Positions 1-12,557 of a stretch of DNA of 64,000 bases are shown here, piece after piece. The notes under the pieces are model-generated. The model did not search any database and was not told where the DNA came from. It saw only the letters and a list, made by a program, of their open reading frames with translations. Position numbers and translations under genes: made by a program. Positions within the stretch are counted from its first letter, which is position 1, and each line of letters opens with the position of its first letter. Origin of the DNA: Eledone cirrhosa (Eukaryota); NCBI GenBank assembly GCA_964016885.1, contig OZ024751.1, forward strand, positions 15,810,001 to 15,874,000, read 5' to 3'.

Positions 1-627
1 TACACTTTTTAACTCTCCCGCTTCCTTAACGTTATTTATCTCTTCTTTATTTTTTGTTCTCTATTCTGTAGAGAGAGGGGGATGTGAGAGGGAAAGAGAG
101 TGAGAGAGTAATGGGATGGGAGAGAGAGAGAGAGGGAAAGCAGCCAGCGTTCATTAACTTTTATTTATTTATTATTTTTACACACTTCTATATCTCCCAA
201 TGTTATTTATCTTTTATTTATTTTTTGTTCGCTATTCTGTAGAGGATGAGAGAGAGAAAGCAAGAGAGGAGATGAGAAAGAGAAAGGGAGCGAGGCGGAT
301 GGGGAGAGAAAGACAATAAGAAAAGAGAAAAGATGGGAGAGAGAAAAAAGTAAAGCGGCAGGAGAACGGAAGGGTGATTGGAGGGGTTCTTCACCTAACG
401 TGTGTCTGCGTTTATATATATATATTTACACACACATATGTGTGTGTTATGGGGGAGGGGGAGCGTTCTTTAACAGACGATATATGTTACCATCAAAGCT
501 TATTTTTTACATATGTCTAAAGAAATCACAGCTGCTTTTATAGAAGTTGTATTATTAACAGACAAAAAACAAAAAAAATAAGAAAAACGGTATTTTTAAA
601 AGATATTATTTGAATTAACACAAAAAA

Positions 628-2719
628 TTGGGTTTTCTGCGAAGGAATCAAACTAAGTTGAGGACAGATAACTACATCTACCTTAGAGATGCCATCAATT
701 CTGATTTTGACCCAAGAAATATTGGCCAGCCAGTCATCTACCACCAAGCTTCACGGGAGGTCCACGTTACATGCATGAACGTACGCAAGATGCAATGGCC
801 TATGTCAGAAAATTTGGTCGGCCAGATCTCTTCATTACATTTACATCCAATTCAAACTGGTTAGCAATATCAAATGAATTATTTTAAAATCAAAAACCAA
901 AGGATCGACATGACCTCATTGCTCGGGTTTTCCATGAAAAGCAAAAAAAAAAAAACACAAACTCATCTGGCTCCTAAAAGAAGGAAGAATCTTTGGTGAG
1001 CTTAGTGCTTGGATGACCACTATTGAGTGGCAGAAGAGAGGTCTTCCTCACTCACACACACTAAACTGGTGCAAGGAGAAGATAAGACCAGATGATGTTG
1101 ATGAGATAATTTCAGCAGAGTTGCCTGATAAAGGTGGTGATCCAGAGCTCTTTGAAATTATCAAGTCCAAATCATTCATGGTCCATGTGGAGTCATCAAT
1201 CCAGCCTCTCCCTGCATGAAAGATAAAAAATGCAGCAAACCTTATCCTAGAGCTTTTATTCGGGAAACTCGGACTGACAATAATGGATAGCCCCTTTATC
1301 GTAGGCGTAGAGCAGAACATGGAGGCAATACTGCAAGCCTAAAAGTTCGAGGAGAGGAGCTGACCATAAACAATCAGTGGGTCGTCCCACACAACAAATT
1401 GTTGTGTAAACTTTTAAAAGCTCATATCAATGTTGAGTATTGCAGCTCCGTCAAGGCAATCCTATATGTCACAAAATATATCAACGTGGGCAGTGACATG
1501 GCTACCTTTATTACTGACAAAGAACTCAATGATGGAGGGCTGGATGAGGTCAAACGGTATCAAACAGGTCGATACATCTCCAGTAATGAAGCTATCTGGC
1601 GAATCTTTGGATTTGATATCCACCAACGCCACCCAACAGTGGTCAACCTCGAAAATACCCAGAGAGTGTACTTCACTGAGATCACTGCTCATCAGTTGGC
1701 ACAAGCATCACATGACACTACACTAACTGCTTTCTTTAAACTCTGCCAGAATGATGAATTTGCTCGATCCCTCCTATATGCTGAAGTTCCAACATACTAC
1801 ACCTGGACCAATTGCAAGACCTGGAATCGAAGAAAGCAGGGTCATTTAGTGGAAGGTCATGGAGTCAAGTCAAGTGATGCTATTGGGCGTGTTTACAATG
1901 TCCAACCCAACAAGAGAGAATGTTTTTATTTACGGCTACTTCTGCATACTGTTCGAGGACCAACGTCATTTGAGGATCTTAGGTGCTTCAGAGGAAGGGA
2001 GTGCGCAACATACCAAGAAGCATGTAAACAGCATGGACTCCTGCATGACAACGGACACTGGAAGAAGTGCCTAGAAGAAGCAGCAATCATTCAAGTAGCC
2101 AGTCAAATAAGACAATTATTTGCTATTATGCTCACAGCATGTGGAATTGATGAAGCTCATCTACTCTGGCAGGAGTACAAACACAATATGTCGGACGACT
2201 ATCTACACCTAGCCCGAAGTCATCATGGCAATATGTATATGGAATATACCCCCAGGATTTACAATCAAGCTCTCTGTGACCTGTCCCATCGAGTTCAGGC
2301 AATGAATAGCACATTAGCTAACTGCGGGATGCCAGAGCCAGATGAAGAAATGGAGGTAGCACAAGACATTTTTCAGGAGACAAACTACGATATTCAAGCA
2401 TTGCGTAAGTTTGTGAATGAAAATGAACATCGATTGATGGATGACCAAAATTACGCCTACCACAACATCATCGAAAACATTCAAAATGACAGGGGGAGGA
2501 CTTTTCTTCATCGATGCTACTGCTGGCACAGATAAGACATTCCTCATAAACCTCCTGCTTGCAAAAGTTCACCAAAAGCAGCATATTGCCCTTGCTGTGG
2601 CTTCAAGTGGCATTGCAGCAACACTTCTGGATGGAGGACACTCCATGTTTAAGCTGTCCATAGATCTCACACGGCATGAACAATGTTTTTGCAACATCAA
2701 GAAGAACTCACACAATTAA
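628..2719 (+). mobile_element. Degenerate Helitron Rep/Helicase (frameshifted, 3' truncated)
   Basis: Consecutive frames give the Helitron N region (NQTKLRTDNY...FGRPDLFITFT), HUH motif EWQKRGLPHSH, HINVEYC...YVTKY, and the PIF1 helicase start FFIDATAGTDKT...AVASSGIAATLLDGG with a damaged Walker A. Confidence 0.95.
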
Positions 2720-3017
2720 CTTCTTTTATCTTTCTAGAACAAAAGAAGATATATTTTGTCGAACGACAGGTAATCTGGAAAATTTTATTTAAAAAAAACT
2801 GATAATGATATGAATAATAATGTCATTTTTAAAATGAAATAATGTTCCAGTTGTCTACTTGCCACACATTTCAATCTCATATATTCCGTTAGTGCAATTT
2901 TTAATTTCAAATTAGTGGGTAATTAAATTTGTGTAGAATTGGAAATAAGAACAGTTGAGAAAAGTTTTTAGTTAACAATGACGTCATTTGCTGTCATGGT
3001 GCTGTAATAGAAATATT

Positions 3018-3628
3018 TGTTTCTAGCTTCTGACACAAAGCCAGCAATTACTCCAGTGCATTACTGGTACTTTATTTTATCGACCTCGTAAGGCAGAGTT
3101 AACCTCGGGAGGATTTGAGCTCAAACTGTAAAGGGCCGTAACTCCATGCTGAAAAGCATGGCGTCCGATCCTCTACCGATACTGCCAAACCACCACCTAT
3201 AATAATGATTTCTAGTATAGGCACAAGGTCAGTAATTTGGAAAATCGATTAAATCGACCCCAGTACGTTACTGGTGCTTTATTTTATCGACCCAATAAGC
3301 ATGAAAGGCAAAGTTAACCTCGGCGGGATTTGAACTCAGACCGTAAAGGGCCGTAACTCTATGCTGCAAAGCGTGGCGTCAGACCCTCTACCGATACTGC
3401 CAATCCACCGCCTTTAATAATAGTGGTTTCTACTATAGGCACAAGGCCAGCAATTTTTTGAGAGGGGAAAATCGATTAAATAGACCCCAGTGTGTGACTG
3501 GTACTTTATTTTATCGGCGGGATTTGAACACAATCTCAGCGGGATTTGAACACAAAATGTAAAGGTGCGTAACTCTATGCCACGAAGCATGTTGTCAGAC
3601 CCTCTAACGATACTGCCAATCCACCGCT
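3018..3628 (-). mobile_element. Three tandem tRNA-derived SINE copies (family A, Meta-domain-like)
   Basis: Reverse complement reads GGCGGTGGATTGGCAGTATCGGTAGAG (A box), GAGTTCAAATCC (B box), GCCTTTCATCC...GGTCGATAAAATAAAGTACCAG. Copies ~3018-3198, 3209-3413, 3426-3628. Confidence 0.9.
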
Positions 3629-3699
3629 TATAATAATAGTAATAGAAATAATAAAAAAAGTAGATGAATTCAGAGCGAATAAAAAGGATATTCAATTGA

Positions 3700-3820
3700 A
3701 ATGACAGCAGCCCGTCTGAGGAAGGAGCCCCGCGTGGTGGGGTGGCTGTTGCAGTGGCAATGCCTTTGTCATTTTATAGCGGGGGTGCAGCCGAAACATC
3801 ACGCTGACTTAGGTGTAGAC
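3700..3820. repeat. Dispersed repeat fragment (second copy ~52455-52595)
   Basis: atgacagcagcc...ggggtggctgttg...ggggtgcagcc..aaaca...ctgac.taggtgtaga is shared by both loci. Confidence 0.65.
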
Positions 3821-4689
3821 ACTACTGGATTTAGGACAAATGAGGCCCTGTGCTAGTTATGTTACGAGGCCCCTTACTTGGGCATTGTAGGAGTTAAAAC
3901 GTTTTTGGCAGTAAGATGGCCCCCTTCCCATGGCCAACGGGGTCCTGTGCTAAAGCACACCTAAGGACAATAGTAAATCCGGCACTGGGCGAAGGGTCTG
4001 TTACCCTCTCCCCTCCCTCTTACTTTCGTTACTTAACAATCCTTGCCCTTTTCCTCCATTGTCCTCTCTTTTGTTGTTTTAATTGCAGTTATATATTTGT
4101 AATGTCATAAATTTTATTGTCTTTCCATGTTATTTAATTCTTAAATCTTTGAATCTGCAGTGAATGAAATAAAAAAAAAGCTGATGAAAAATCCACTAAT
4201 TTTGATGGTTCTAGATTTTTTCTTCCTTTTGTCGAAATGGGATGGTAGCATATCGATATATGTGGTGGTAAGAAACTCTCAAGATAACTAGACAGCAGAA
4301 GGTCTTCAAAGAAGAAACACCGCTTCTTCAAGCAAATGTTTGGGCTCTTAAGCTCTTATAATCTAAGGGAGCCGGGTCGCATCCAAGTCATGACTCCTGG
4401 GTACCCTTCTGTTGACGTTAAGTCCTTCGGATATCGGAGAATTGATGTGTATTTAAACTGTACGAAGATTGGCTGACCAGATCTAGCTGGAACACCTCTC
4501 CACCAACTTTGCTTTCAAACTTATATTAAAACGCTTTCTTGAGTTTGGAAAAAAACCCTTGGCAGTCATGGCAGCGGTGAGAAGTCAAAAGTGCCACTGC
4601 CGCCGTCAACACTACAACCATGACTCACTCAGAGTTACCCCCTCCCCTTAGTGTACGCTAAAATACAAACACGATGCCCTCAAACGGTA

Positions 4690-5040
4690 TGGGGGTAGTT
4701 TTTGTTCCTTCTCGACCAGATCCAGCTGGAACTCGTTGCCGCTACCCCTGATGTTGCTTTTAGAGTTATAATCCTAGTGTTTCCAGAGACTGAAAGTTAT
4801 TTCATGAGATTGTAGGCGGATTTGCCCACAAAGCTTCTGACTCCAGCCTCTATGACGAGAACTTTGACCTGGAAGTCGGCTTCCCTCAGGTTGTTGGTCA
4901 AACTGGCGTATTTTTTGGTCTTGAACACGCATACTTCTTCTATTCTACTTTCAAATGGCACGGTGAGATCAATGAAAATCAGCTATCTTTATGAGCTGGA
5001 ATGGACTACGAAACCCAGCCCCAATCCACTCTTCTTGACG
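4690..5040 (-). mobile_element. HERO-like non-LTR retrotransposon 3' fragment (RLE endonuclease)
   Basis: Manual translation: IFIDLTVPFESRIEEVCVFKTKKYASL...VIEAGVRSFVG...SSWIWSRR, with stops. It resembles the ELTVPWE...KY...VEVG.RGFVG...WLW pattern of HERO elements. Confidence 0.8.
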
Positions 5041-5223
5041 ATTTCTGTTTTTTTGCCGATCTTCAGAGGTCTGCCGTACACTTCGAGTCGTCCGCACCAC
5101 ACAGAAGATTCAATTTCTTTGTCCTGTATAGCATATCTGTTAAATAAAAAGCTGCATTCTGTCGTATAGAATGTTATTGGAAATTCTCGTGCTTCGGGTG
5201 TTACTTATATATATATATGTAAA

Positions 5224-5510
5224 ATTAGTCCTTCATCAGTGATCTTCCAACTTTCATTATTATTTCATCGCTTTAAAAATCATATACCTCTAGTTGGTGC
5301 GAGCAATAACTAAATAAAGTTATTGGGACAAGTAAAATAGGGTCAAACGAGCGAGACATGTAAACAAATCGTTGTTTGTTTACATCGTTTCACCCTATTT
5401 TACTTGTCCCAATAACTTTATTTAGTTATTGCTCGCACCAACTAGAGGTATATGATTTTTAAAGCGATGAAATACCAACGAAAGTTGGAAGATCACTGAT
5501 GAAGGACTAA
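5224..5510. repeat. Fold-back inverted repeat of a Penelope-like LTR family
   Basis: attagtccttcatcagtgatcttccaac...taaaatagggt pairs with accctattttac...gttggaagatcactgatgaaggactaat. The left end abuts a TA run. Confidence 0.9.
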
Positions 5511-5579
5511 TTTTATTCATATGTAACCCATGTGCAACCACGCAGCTCTCCATTTTTCTCATATTTATATATGAGGAAA

Positions 5580-5793
5580 TGTGGTAAGGAACCAGATGGA
5601 CCATAACGCACCAGAGTACTCAATACTTAGAGTAGTAGAGTGGGAAATAGGAAAAAGTATGACCCCGACGGCAGGGCTCAAGCCGTTTCGACGGCTATTT
5701 CTGGACTAAATTAGAATTAATTTTAGAATTCTAATTTAGTCCCAAAATAGCCGTCGAAACGGCTTGAGCTCTGCCGTCGGGGTCATACGTTTT

Positions 5794-5798
<5 letters not shown>
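5580..5798. repeat. Penelope-like LTR fragment with fold-back (family also at 25143-25355 and 47715-47822)
   Basis: Shared gtggtaaggaaccag.tggaccataacgcacc. Inverted arms ~5647-5717 and 5727-5798 end in (TA)n. Confidence 0.8.
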
Positions 5799-5855
<57 letters not shown>

Positions 5856-6240
5856 GGTATGAATATTGATTGCATTTTCCTGTATCTCATGCCTGTATTT
5901 TTGCCTGAGAAAATACCTATATGTATGTATAGATAGTGCGTACATATATTTATTATTTTTTTTTAATATCTCTATGTGTGTATAGATAGTACATACATAT
6001 ATATTTTTTTTTAAATTTCCAATTGAGTTCTTAAACACGTGGTTAAAATACGGCTCCAATGACCCGCGTGTATATTATTTTATATTTTACGATGACCTCC
6101 CCTTCCCTTTTGGGGACAGTGTGAACTTTCTTTTTGAGGGACTGCTGGGCTATCAAACTTAGCAGTCCTTCGAGCACTGACGGAGACCATCACTGATTAT
6201 TAATATCGATGTAGTTTTTTATATTGATTTTGCATGGGCA

Positions 6241-6363
6241 TCCACTGATGAGTTATAAGGGCTCACTTATGTGTATATCTATGGATTATATACAAGTTTC
6301 TACATAACTTGGACATTATTTATCCCACCTTGTAGAAATCTTATAACGAAACGATCGTATGGA
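6241..6363 (+). ncRNA. Type I hammerhead ribozyme with expanded stem II
   Basis: Stem I tcca/tgga; core CTGATGA; stem II gttataag/cttataac (8 bp); GAAA; palindromic stem III acgatcgt; GTA cleavage triplet. Confidence 0.85.
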
Positions 6364-6566
6364 AAGAAAGAGAGATTTATTTAATTATGTCTCATATAAA
6401 ATAATACAACCAACTTTCCACGGAATACTGTATAGTTAGCACCCCAAACACATAATTGGGATTATACTCAGGTATATCCTAATGTTTGTTGAGTGAGTGA
6501 GATGGAGTTGGTCAGAGTATCGCTTAACGCTTTCTCTGTTAATGTATTAAACATATATATATATAT

Positions 6567-6658
6567 GGAATAGCAGGAAGAGAGTCTTAACGTTTCAGAT
6601 ACTATATATATATATATATATAGTATCTGAAACGTTAAGACTCTCTTCCTGCTATTTC
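6567..6658. repeat. Inverted repeat centred on (TA)n
   Basis: aatagcaggaagagagtcttaacgtttcagatac (TA)n gtatctgaaacgttaagactctcttcctgctatt. Same family as 25580-25680. Confidence 0.95.
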
Positions 6659-6724
6659 AAGTGTTAAACTAATATATTCCTTCCATATACTGTGCCTTTT
6701 TTTTCTTCTTATTTCTGTTTACCT

Positions 6725-6819
<95 letters not shown>

Positions 6820-6889
6820 TCTCAAGCGTGAACCTAATACTAACATGTTGTACTGCACTCTTTGTTATTGTTTTTGTTTTTTGTTTTAA

Positions 6890-6940
<51 letters not shown>

Positions 6941-6987
6941 TTATAATATAGATATCAGTATATAGCGGGAATACTGGGTTGCATGAA

Positions 6988-7312
6988 TGTAACAAGGAAT
7001 ACATTGTTTGTTTGTATAATATTTAATTAACAATGGTAGATAGTATAGTTGACATGTCAAAGATGAGGATGGTAGAATGAAGCAAAGTTAGTAGTTACCG
7101 TTTTGATTGCCAGGCAAACGCGGCTGGCAGAGGACGCCTGGCTAAGGCCAGCCAGGCGCCAGGAAGGCCAAATGAGAGGCTCTTGGCCTGGTGCCGAAAA
7201 GGCAATGAGAGAAAGAGAGCTTAAAGTTGTTAGTTTTATAGGGCTCTGACCGGAAGTTGCAGAAAGGGTTCTACTTCCCGTCTAGATCCAAACAAGGGAG
7301 ACAACCGCTACA
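6988..7312 (-). mobile_element. Possible solo LTR
   Basis: TGTAGC...TTACA termini, internal CTATAAAA and downstream ATTAAA on the minus strand. No target-site duplication found. Confidence 0.4.
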
Positions 7313-7574
7313 AGTATATAAATGTTGACCTCTCAATAACCTCTCAATGCAAATAAGGCGCTAAAAACGTCAAGCAGAAAACACTCAACTAGATGTGTTA
7401 AAGGTGTAGGTAGCACTTATACTATCTTGTATAATAAAAACCTATAAAAACATTCTGAAATACAATAATGAGATATTTCTTACACTATATCAGCAATATA
7501 TAGTTCTAATAAATATCCAGGCAATGTTGTTTCTAGTCGTGATGAAACACAATAATCACCACAAATAAATGGAT

Positions 7575-9358
7575 AATTATAATTTTTTTCTCTGTTCCTG
7601 GCTTGTAATCACTTTTTTTGTGTTGCTTAGGTCCCAAATAAATAAAAAAGTGCTATTAAACAGTTAAAAGTTTGGGTTTGTAAAAATTCTAAGCTATTCA
7701 CTAGAATTATTTGTATGCTGGATTTTACGTTGTATGTAAGTTTAATTTGCTTATGTTAAATTATTATTTTATATATGTTTCAGGTTAAATTAAAATTATA
7801 AAATAAAGAGTAATACCTAAAGAAAATTATAAAAGTGCAATAAAGTATAAAATTGTTAAAAAGTGGATTAAAGAGATTTATTGATACTGGGGTACCAGAA
7901 AAAGTTCCTCACTTCCCAAACCCAAAAGAAGTCAATGACTTGGTCAGGGATATGGGTCTGACCAACTCCAATGCAGAGCTATTCGTCTCCAGGATGAAGC
8001 AGTGGAACTTCGCCAAGGAGGAAGTGCAGGTGACAAGTCAGAGAAGTCGACACGAACCTTTCTCGGGCTTTTACACTCTTAGGGATGGCCTCTGCTTCTG
8101 CCATGACGTGCCTGGACTGTTTGACGTTATTGGGGTGCCGTTTGTGCCCAAGGAGTGGCGGCTATTTATAGACAGCTCCACCACAAGTTTGAAGGCTGTC
8201 CTCCTCCACAATGGAAACAAGTTCCTGACACTGCCCCTAGCTCATTCAGCCTGCCTGAAGGAAGATTACTACAGTGTGAAAGTCCTCTTGGAAGCTCTGC
8301 AATACAACCAGTACAATTGGGAAATCATTGGAGACTTCAAGATGGTGGCTTTCCTGCTTGGACTCCAAGGAGGCTTTATCAAATTCCAATGCTTCCCCTG
8401 CCTTTGGGAAAGAGAGCCACTCCTGACCACTACAAAAGAAAGAACTGGGAGCAGCGAACAGAATTTGTAGTTGGGACCCGGAACGTCATGTGGGAGCCAC
8501 TGGTTGATCCCAGGATTGTGCTCATGCCGCCACTGCACATTAAGTTGGGGTTGATGAAGCAGTTTATGAAGGCTCTCAACCAAGAATCAGCCGCTTTTAA
8601 GTACCTTCTTGAGTTCTTGCCCAAGTTATCTGAGGCCAAAATCAAAGGTGGAATTTTTGCTGGACCTCAGATAAAGAAGGTGTTTGAGTCTACCGAGTTC
8701 TCCAATAAGCTCAATAGGATTGAGAGAACAGCATGGAACTGTTTCAAAGCAGTTGTTAAGGGCTTCCTGGGCAACTACAGAGCTGAAAACTACCAGCAAC
8801 TGGTGCAGGATCTGATAAAGGCTTTTGGTGCCATGGGATGCAGGATGTCGCTTAAACTCCATATGCTGGACGCTCACCTAGAAAAATTCAAGGACAATAT
8901 GGGCGCCTATTCAGAAGAACAAGGCGAACGATTCCACCAAGATGTGAAAGAGATAGAGCGGAGGTACCAGGGCCACTACAATGAAAAAAATGATGGGGGA
9001 CTATATCTGGAGGCTAGTGCGGGAATCCGACCTGGACTGCAACCGCAAATCCAGGAAATCCAGTCATTTCTGACGTGTATAAGTTGCTTTATAAGTGTTA
9101 TTTGTTTTTACTTGTTTGCTTTTGATAAGCTTGTGTAATAAAATAAATATATACTCTGTTGAATTTAATTATATGAACTGATAAATTTAAAAAAAATGTG
9201 TTTTTTCTTGAAAAATATGAAAATTTCGAAATATCAAACTCCTGACCACAAACCCAAACTTCTGATTAAATAATAGTGTTTTTTTAAATAATAATGGGAT
9301 ATAATAAACCAGTAAATGACACTTAGAACCGGGGAACAAAACATATGTTACACGGTTT
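7575..9358 (+). mobile_element. Chapaev3-type (CMC) DNA transposon, frameshifted transposase, N-terminus deleted
   Basis: WRLFIDSS..SLKAVLLHNGN, GDFKMVAFLLGLQGG, PPLHIKLGLMKQF, GIFAGPQI, SEEQGERFHQD...RRYQG. Decayed terminal repeats tgttcctgg / ccggggaaca. Frameshifts near 8410 and 8990. Confidence 0.85.
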
Positions 9359-9416
9359 ATTAATGTTGAGATTCGGACTTTCATCAGTGTGTCACTCTTC
9401 ATTAATTAATTACGAT

Positions 9417-9582
9417 AGGCAGTATCGGTAGAGGGTCGGACGCCATGCTTTACGGCCCTTGCCATTCTGAGTTCAAATCCCGCCGAGGTTAACTTTGCAT
9501 TTCATCCTTACGGGGTCGATAAAATAAAGTACCAGTAATACACTGGGATAATTGCTGGGCTTGTGCCCAAAGTAGAAACAAT
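9417..9582 (+). mobile_element. SINE family A with TSD
   Basis: A/B boxes and conserved body; attaattaattac lies on both sides. Confidence 0.9.
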
Positions 9583-9599
9583 TAATTAATTACACAAGA

Positions 9600-10045
9600 T
9601 TCTTCTTCTTGCCGTGTCCACAAGAGTGTCAGTTACAAAGCTTGGCTAGATCTGGTTCCGCCACAGCTGGACACATTACCGTCTTTTTTCATTAAACTCT
9701 GCCAAGTCCAATGCTGTGCAGGAGTGTTCCAGCAGAGAACATATCAAGAGGTGCTGCGCAGTCTGCGGTTTGCTGCCGCAGTCACACACAACACCTCCAT
9801 TCTTTAAATATCTCCAGTTTGCAAGAGTGACTTTTGCACATCCAATACCAGATCTTAATCTGTTTAGGTATTTCCACACTGCATACTTTGTATCTTCTCC
9901 AGGGGGCGGTGCCTCGCTCGCCTTTAGCTCCATTGTTGTTACTGAAAGGAGGTAGTTAAGCTTTTCTTCCCAGCGAGTGACTCTTTCATTGCTTATGCTT
10001 GATGTTCCAAGGGGCGTGACGCTCTTTAAGAAATTTTCCTGGATG
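9600..10045 (-). mobile_element. LINE 3' fragment, Daphne/L2-group-like
   Basis: WKYLNRLRSGIG...CDCGSKPQTAQHLLIC...CTALDL (CCHC knuckle), followed by a gacacggc(aag)n tail. Confidence 0.75.
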
Positions 10046-10387
10046 TAAGGATATTACACAAGATATTAACTGTCCACAACTAAGTTTGAGTTGGCGACGC
10101 AAAGTCTCGCGTTGGATGTTGAGGGACCTGGCATTAACTGCTACAGTCTTGGACAGTCGAAAGTGCTAGAAATAGCTTCTTTCCATCCACGAAGCAACGC
10201 AACAGTTTATATTAAAAAAAAACACTAGTGTGACTATACAATGTAAATATCAATATATATTGATTTGTTGACCATTAACCTCTCGATGCGAATAAGACCC
10301 TAAAAACCTCAAGCAGAGAATACTCAAATATATATTTTTAAAGGTGTAACAATTTCATTTAACTTATCTCCGTATATATATATATAA

Positions 10388-10526
10388 TTGTTTCTACTTT
10401 TGGCACAAGGCCAGCAATTACCCAGTGCATTACTGGTACTTTATTTTATCGACCCCGTAAGGATGAAAGGCAAAGTAAACCTCGGCGGGATTTGAACTCA
10501 GAATGGCAAGGACCGTAACTCTATGC
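10388..10526 (-). mobile_element. SINE family A, 5' truncated (partial plus copy at 10938-11051, minus copy at 11549-11707)
   Basis: Matches the family body and 3' end tgtgcc.aaagtagaaacaa. Confidence 0.85.
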
Positions 10527-10802
10527 ATATATATATAATGTCTGACTGAAACACGTGCTTTTTCTCCAAAACATTTTCCCGTTTCTATCTCTTGTCACTC
10601 TCTACTCTTCTATTTAATCTTTTATTTCTCATTCTATCTCCTGATAAAGGACAAGTTGGAATCTTACACTAATATATTTCGCCATTGTACTTCGTTATTT
10701 GATTTGCTGTTTCCATTTATTTTTCGCATATATATATATATATATATAATATTATTCAAAATATTAACAAATGAAGGATATTCACATAATCAAAATATAT
10801 GC

Positions 10803-10862
10803 TTTATTATGTATATTTCAGAAGTACTGTGTTGTTTTTTCAGTAGGTCTTCATCAGATAAA
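10803..10862 (-). ncRNA. Minimal hammerhead in Penelope-like LTR
   Basis: Minus strand: tttat CTGATGA aga..tactg/cagta..tct GAAA tatac ATA ataaa. Homologue on plus at 42777-42839. Confidence 0.6.
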
Positions 10863-11139
10863 ATATATGATTTGATATATGACATACCGCTACGGTCTTG
10901 ATTATACAATTCCAGTATTGGCAGACAATATATATATCTGAGTTCAAATCCCGCCGAGGTTGACTTTGCCTTTCATCCTTACGGGGTCGATAAAATAAAG
11001 TACCAGTAATGAACTGGGTATTTGCTGGCCTTGTGCCTAAAGTAGAAACAAATATATATATATATATATATATATACAATCATACACTACACACACATAT
11101 ATATATGTATGTGGAATTGTATAATTCCAGTATTGGCAG

Positions 11140-11189
<50 letters not shown>

Positions 11190-11214
11190 TATATATATAT
11201 AATATATAATATAT

Positions 11215-11246
<32 letters not shown>

Positions 11247-11788
11247 CAATCATACACTACACACACATATATATATGTATGTGTGTGTGTGTGTGTGTGT
11301 TTTATGTGTGTGTTTAGTGTGTGTCTTTATGTGTGTATTTGTGTGTGTTATACATACAAGTCCAGTGACTGCGGTGGAAAGAGAAAATGAAAGAGATAGA
11401 TAAATACGTAGATAGATAGATAGACAGACAGATAGACAGACAGACAGATAGATAAATAGATAGATAGATAGATAGAGGAAGAATCGACCCCAGTATTTGA
11501 CTGGTAGTTTAACAAACTCAAAAGGATTTCTGAACATCCTATCAATAATTGTTTCTACCTTTTGGCACAAGGCCAGCAATTACCCCAGTGCATTTCTGGT
11601 ATTTTATTTTATCGACCGCATAAGGATGAAAAGCAAAGTTAACCTTAGCGGGATTTGAATTCAGACTGCAAAGGGCCGTAACTCTATGCTGAAAAATCCC
11701 CCGCCCTATTAATAATATTAACGCCTGAACAATCTTAACAGCTATCTATATATAATCACCTATGTATTACTAATTACCTCTATATTGA

Positions 11789-12107
11789 GGGCGCGTAGCT
11801 TTGTGGTTAGGGTATTCGGCTCACAATTGTAAGGTCGTGGGTTCGATTCCCGGCGGCACGCTGTGTCCTTGAGCAAGACACTTTATTTCACAATTCCCAG
11901 TCCATTCACCTAGCAAAAATGAGTTGTACCTGCAATTCAAAGGGCCAGCCTTGTTTCATTCTTTGTCACGCAGAATCTTCCTGAGAACTACGTTAAGGGT
12001 ACACGTGTTTGTGGAATGCTCAGCCACTTGCCTGTTAATTTCACGGGCAGGCTGTTCCGTTGATCGGATCAATTGGAACACTCGTCGTCGTAATCGACGG
12101 AGTGCCT
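11789..12107 (+). mobile_element. tRNA-derived SINE family B
   Basis: ggcgcgtagct.tgtggttag (A box), ggttcgattccc (B box), tgtgtccttgagcaagacactt core. Relatives at 14838-15024 (-), 46437-46627 (+), 47352-47562 (-). Confidence 0.9.
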
Positions 12108-12228
12108 TCCATTCCACCTATTTATTGGTAACTACCTGGATATTAATAATTACATATCTATTCTATAGTTATCTATTTATTAATAATTATTTTAGTCAGT
12201 ATTAATCAGCCATTATTGTGTTCTAATG

Positions 12229-12412
12229 GGCGGTGGATTGGGGCTATCGGTAGAGGGTCGGACGCCATGCTTTCCAACATAGTTACGTCCCTTTATGATC
12301 TGAGTTCAAATCCCGCCGAGGTTGACTTTGCCTTTCATCCTTACGGGGTCGATAAAATAAAGTACCAGTAATGCACTGGGTAATTGCTGGCCTTGTGCCT
12401 AAAGTACAAACA
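12229..12412 (+). mobile_element. Full-length SINE family A with 17-bp TSD
   Basis: attattgtgttctaatg at 12212-12228 and 12413-12429. Confidence 0.95.
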
Positions 12413-12513
12413 ATTATTGTGTTCTAATGTAAAATCGTTCCCTCTGTCGTGTTTGTTGTTTTACAATGTAATTCGTTGATGTACTGTGGTCGCCATTGTG
12501 GACACTAAACGAA

Positions 12514-12517
12514 ACTA

Positions 12518-12557
<40 letters not shown>

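Noticed and set aside
11789-11870. tRNA-like sequence
   Set aside because: It is a SINE head continuing into a SINE body; no proper cloverleaf acceptor stem.
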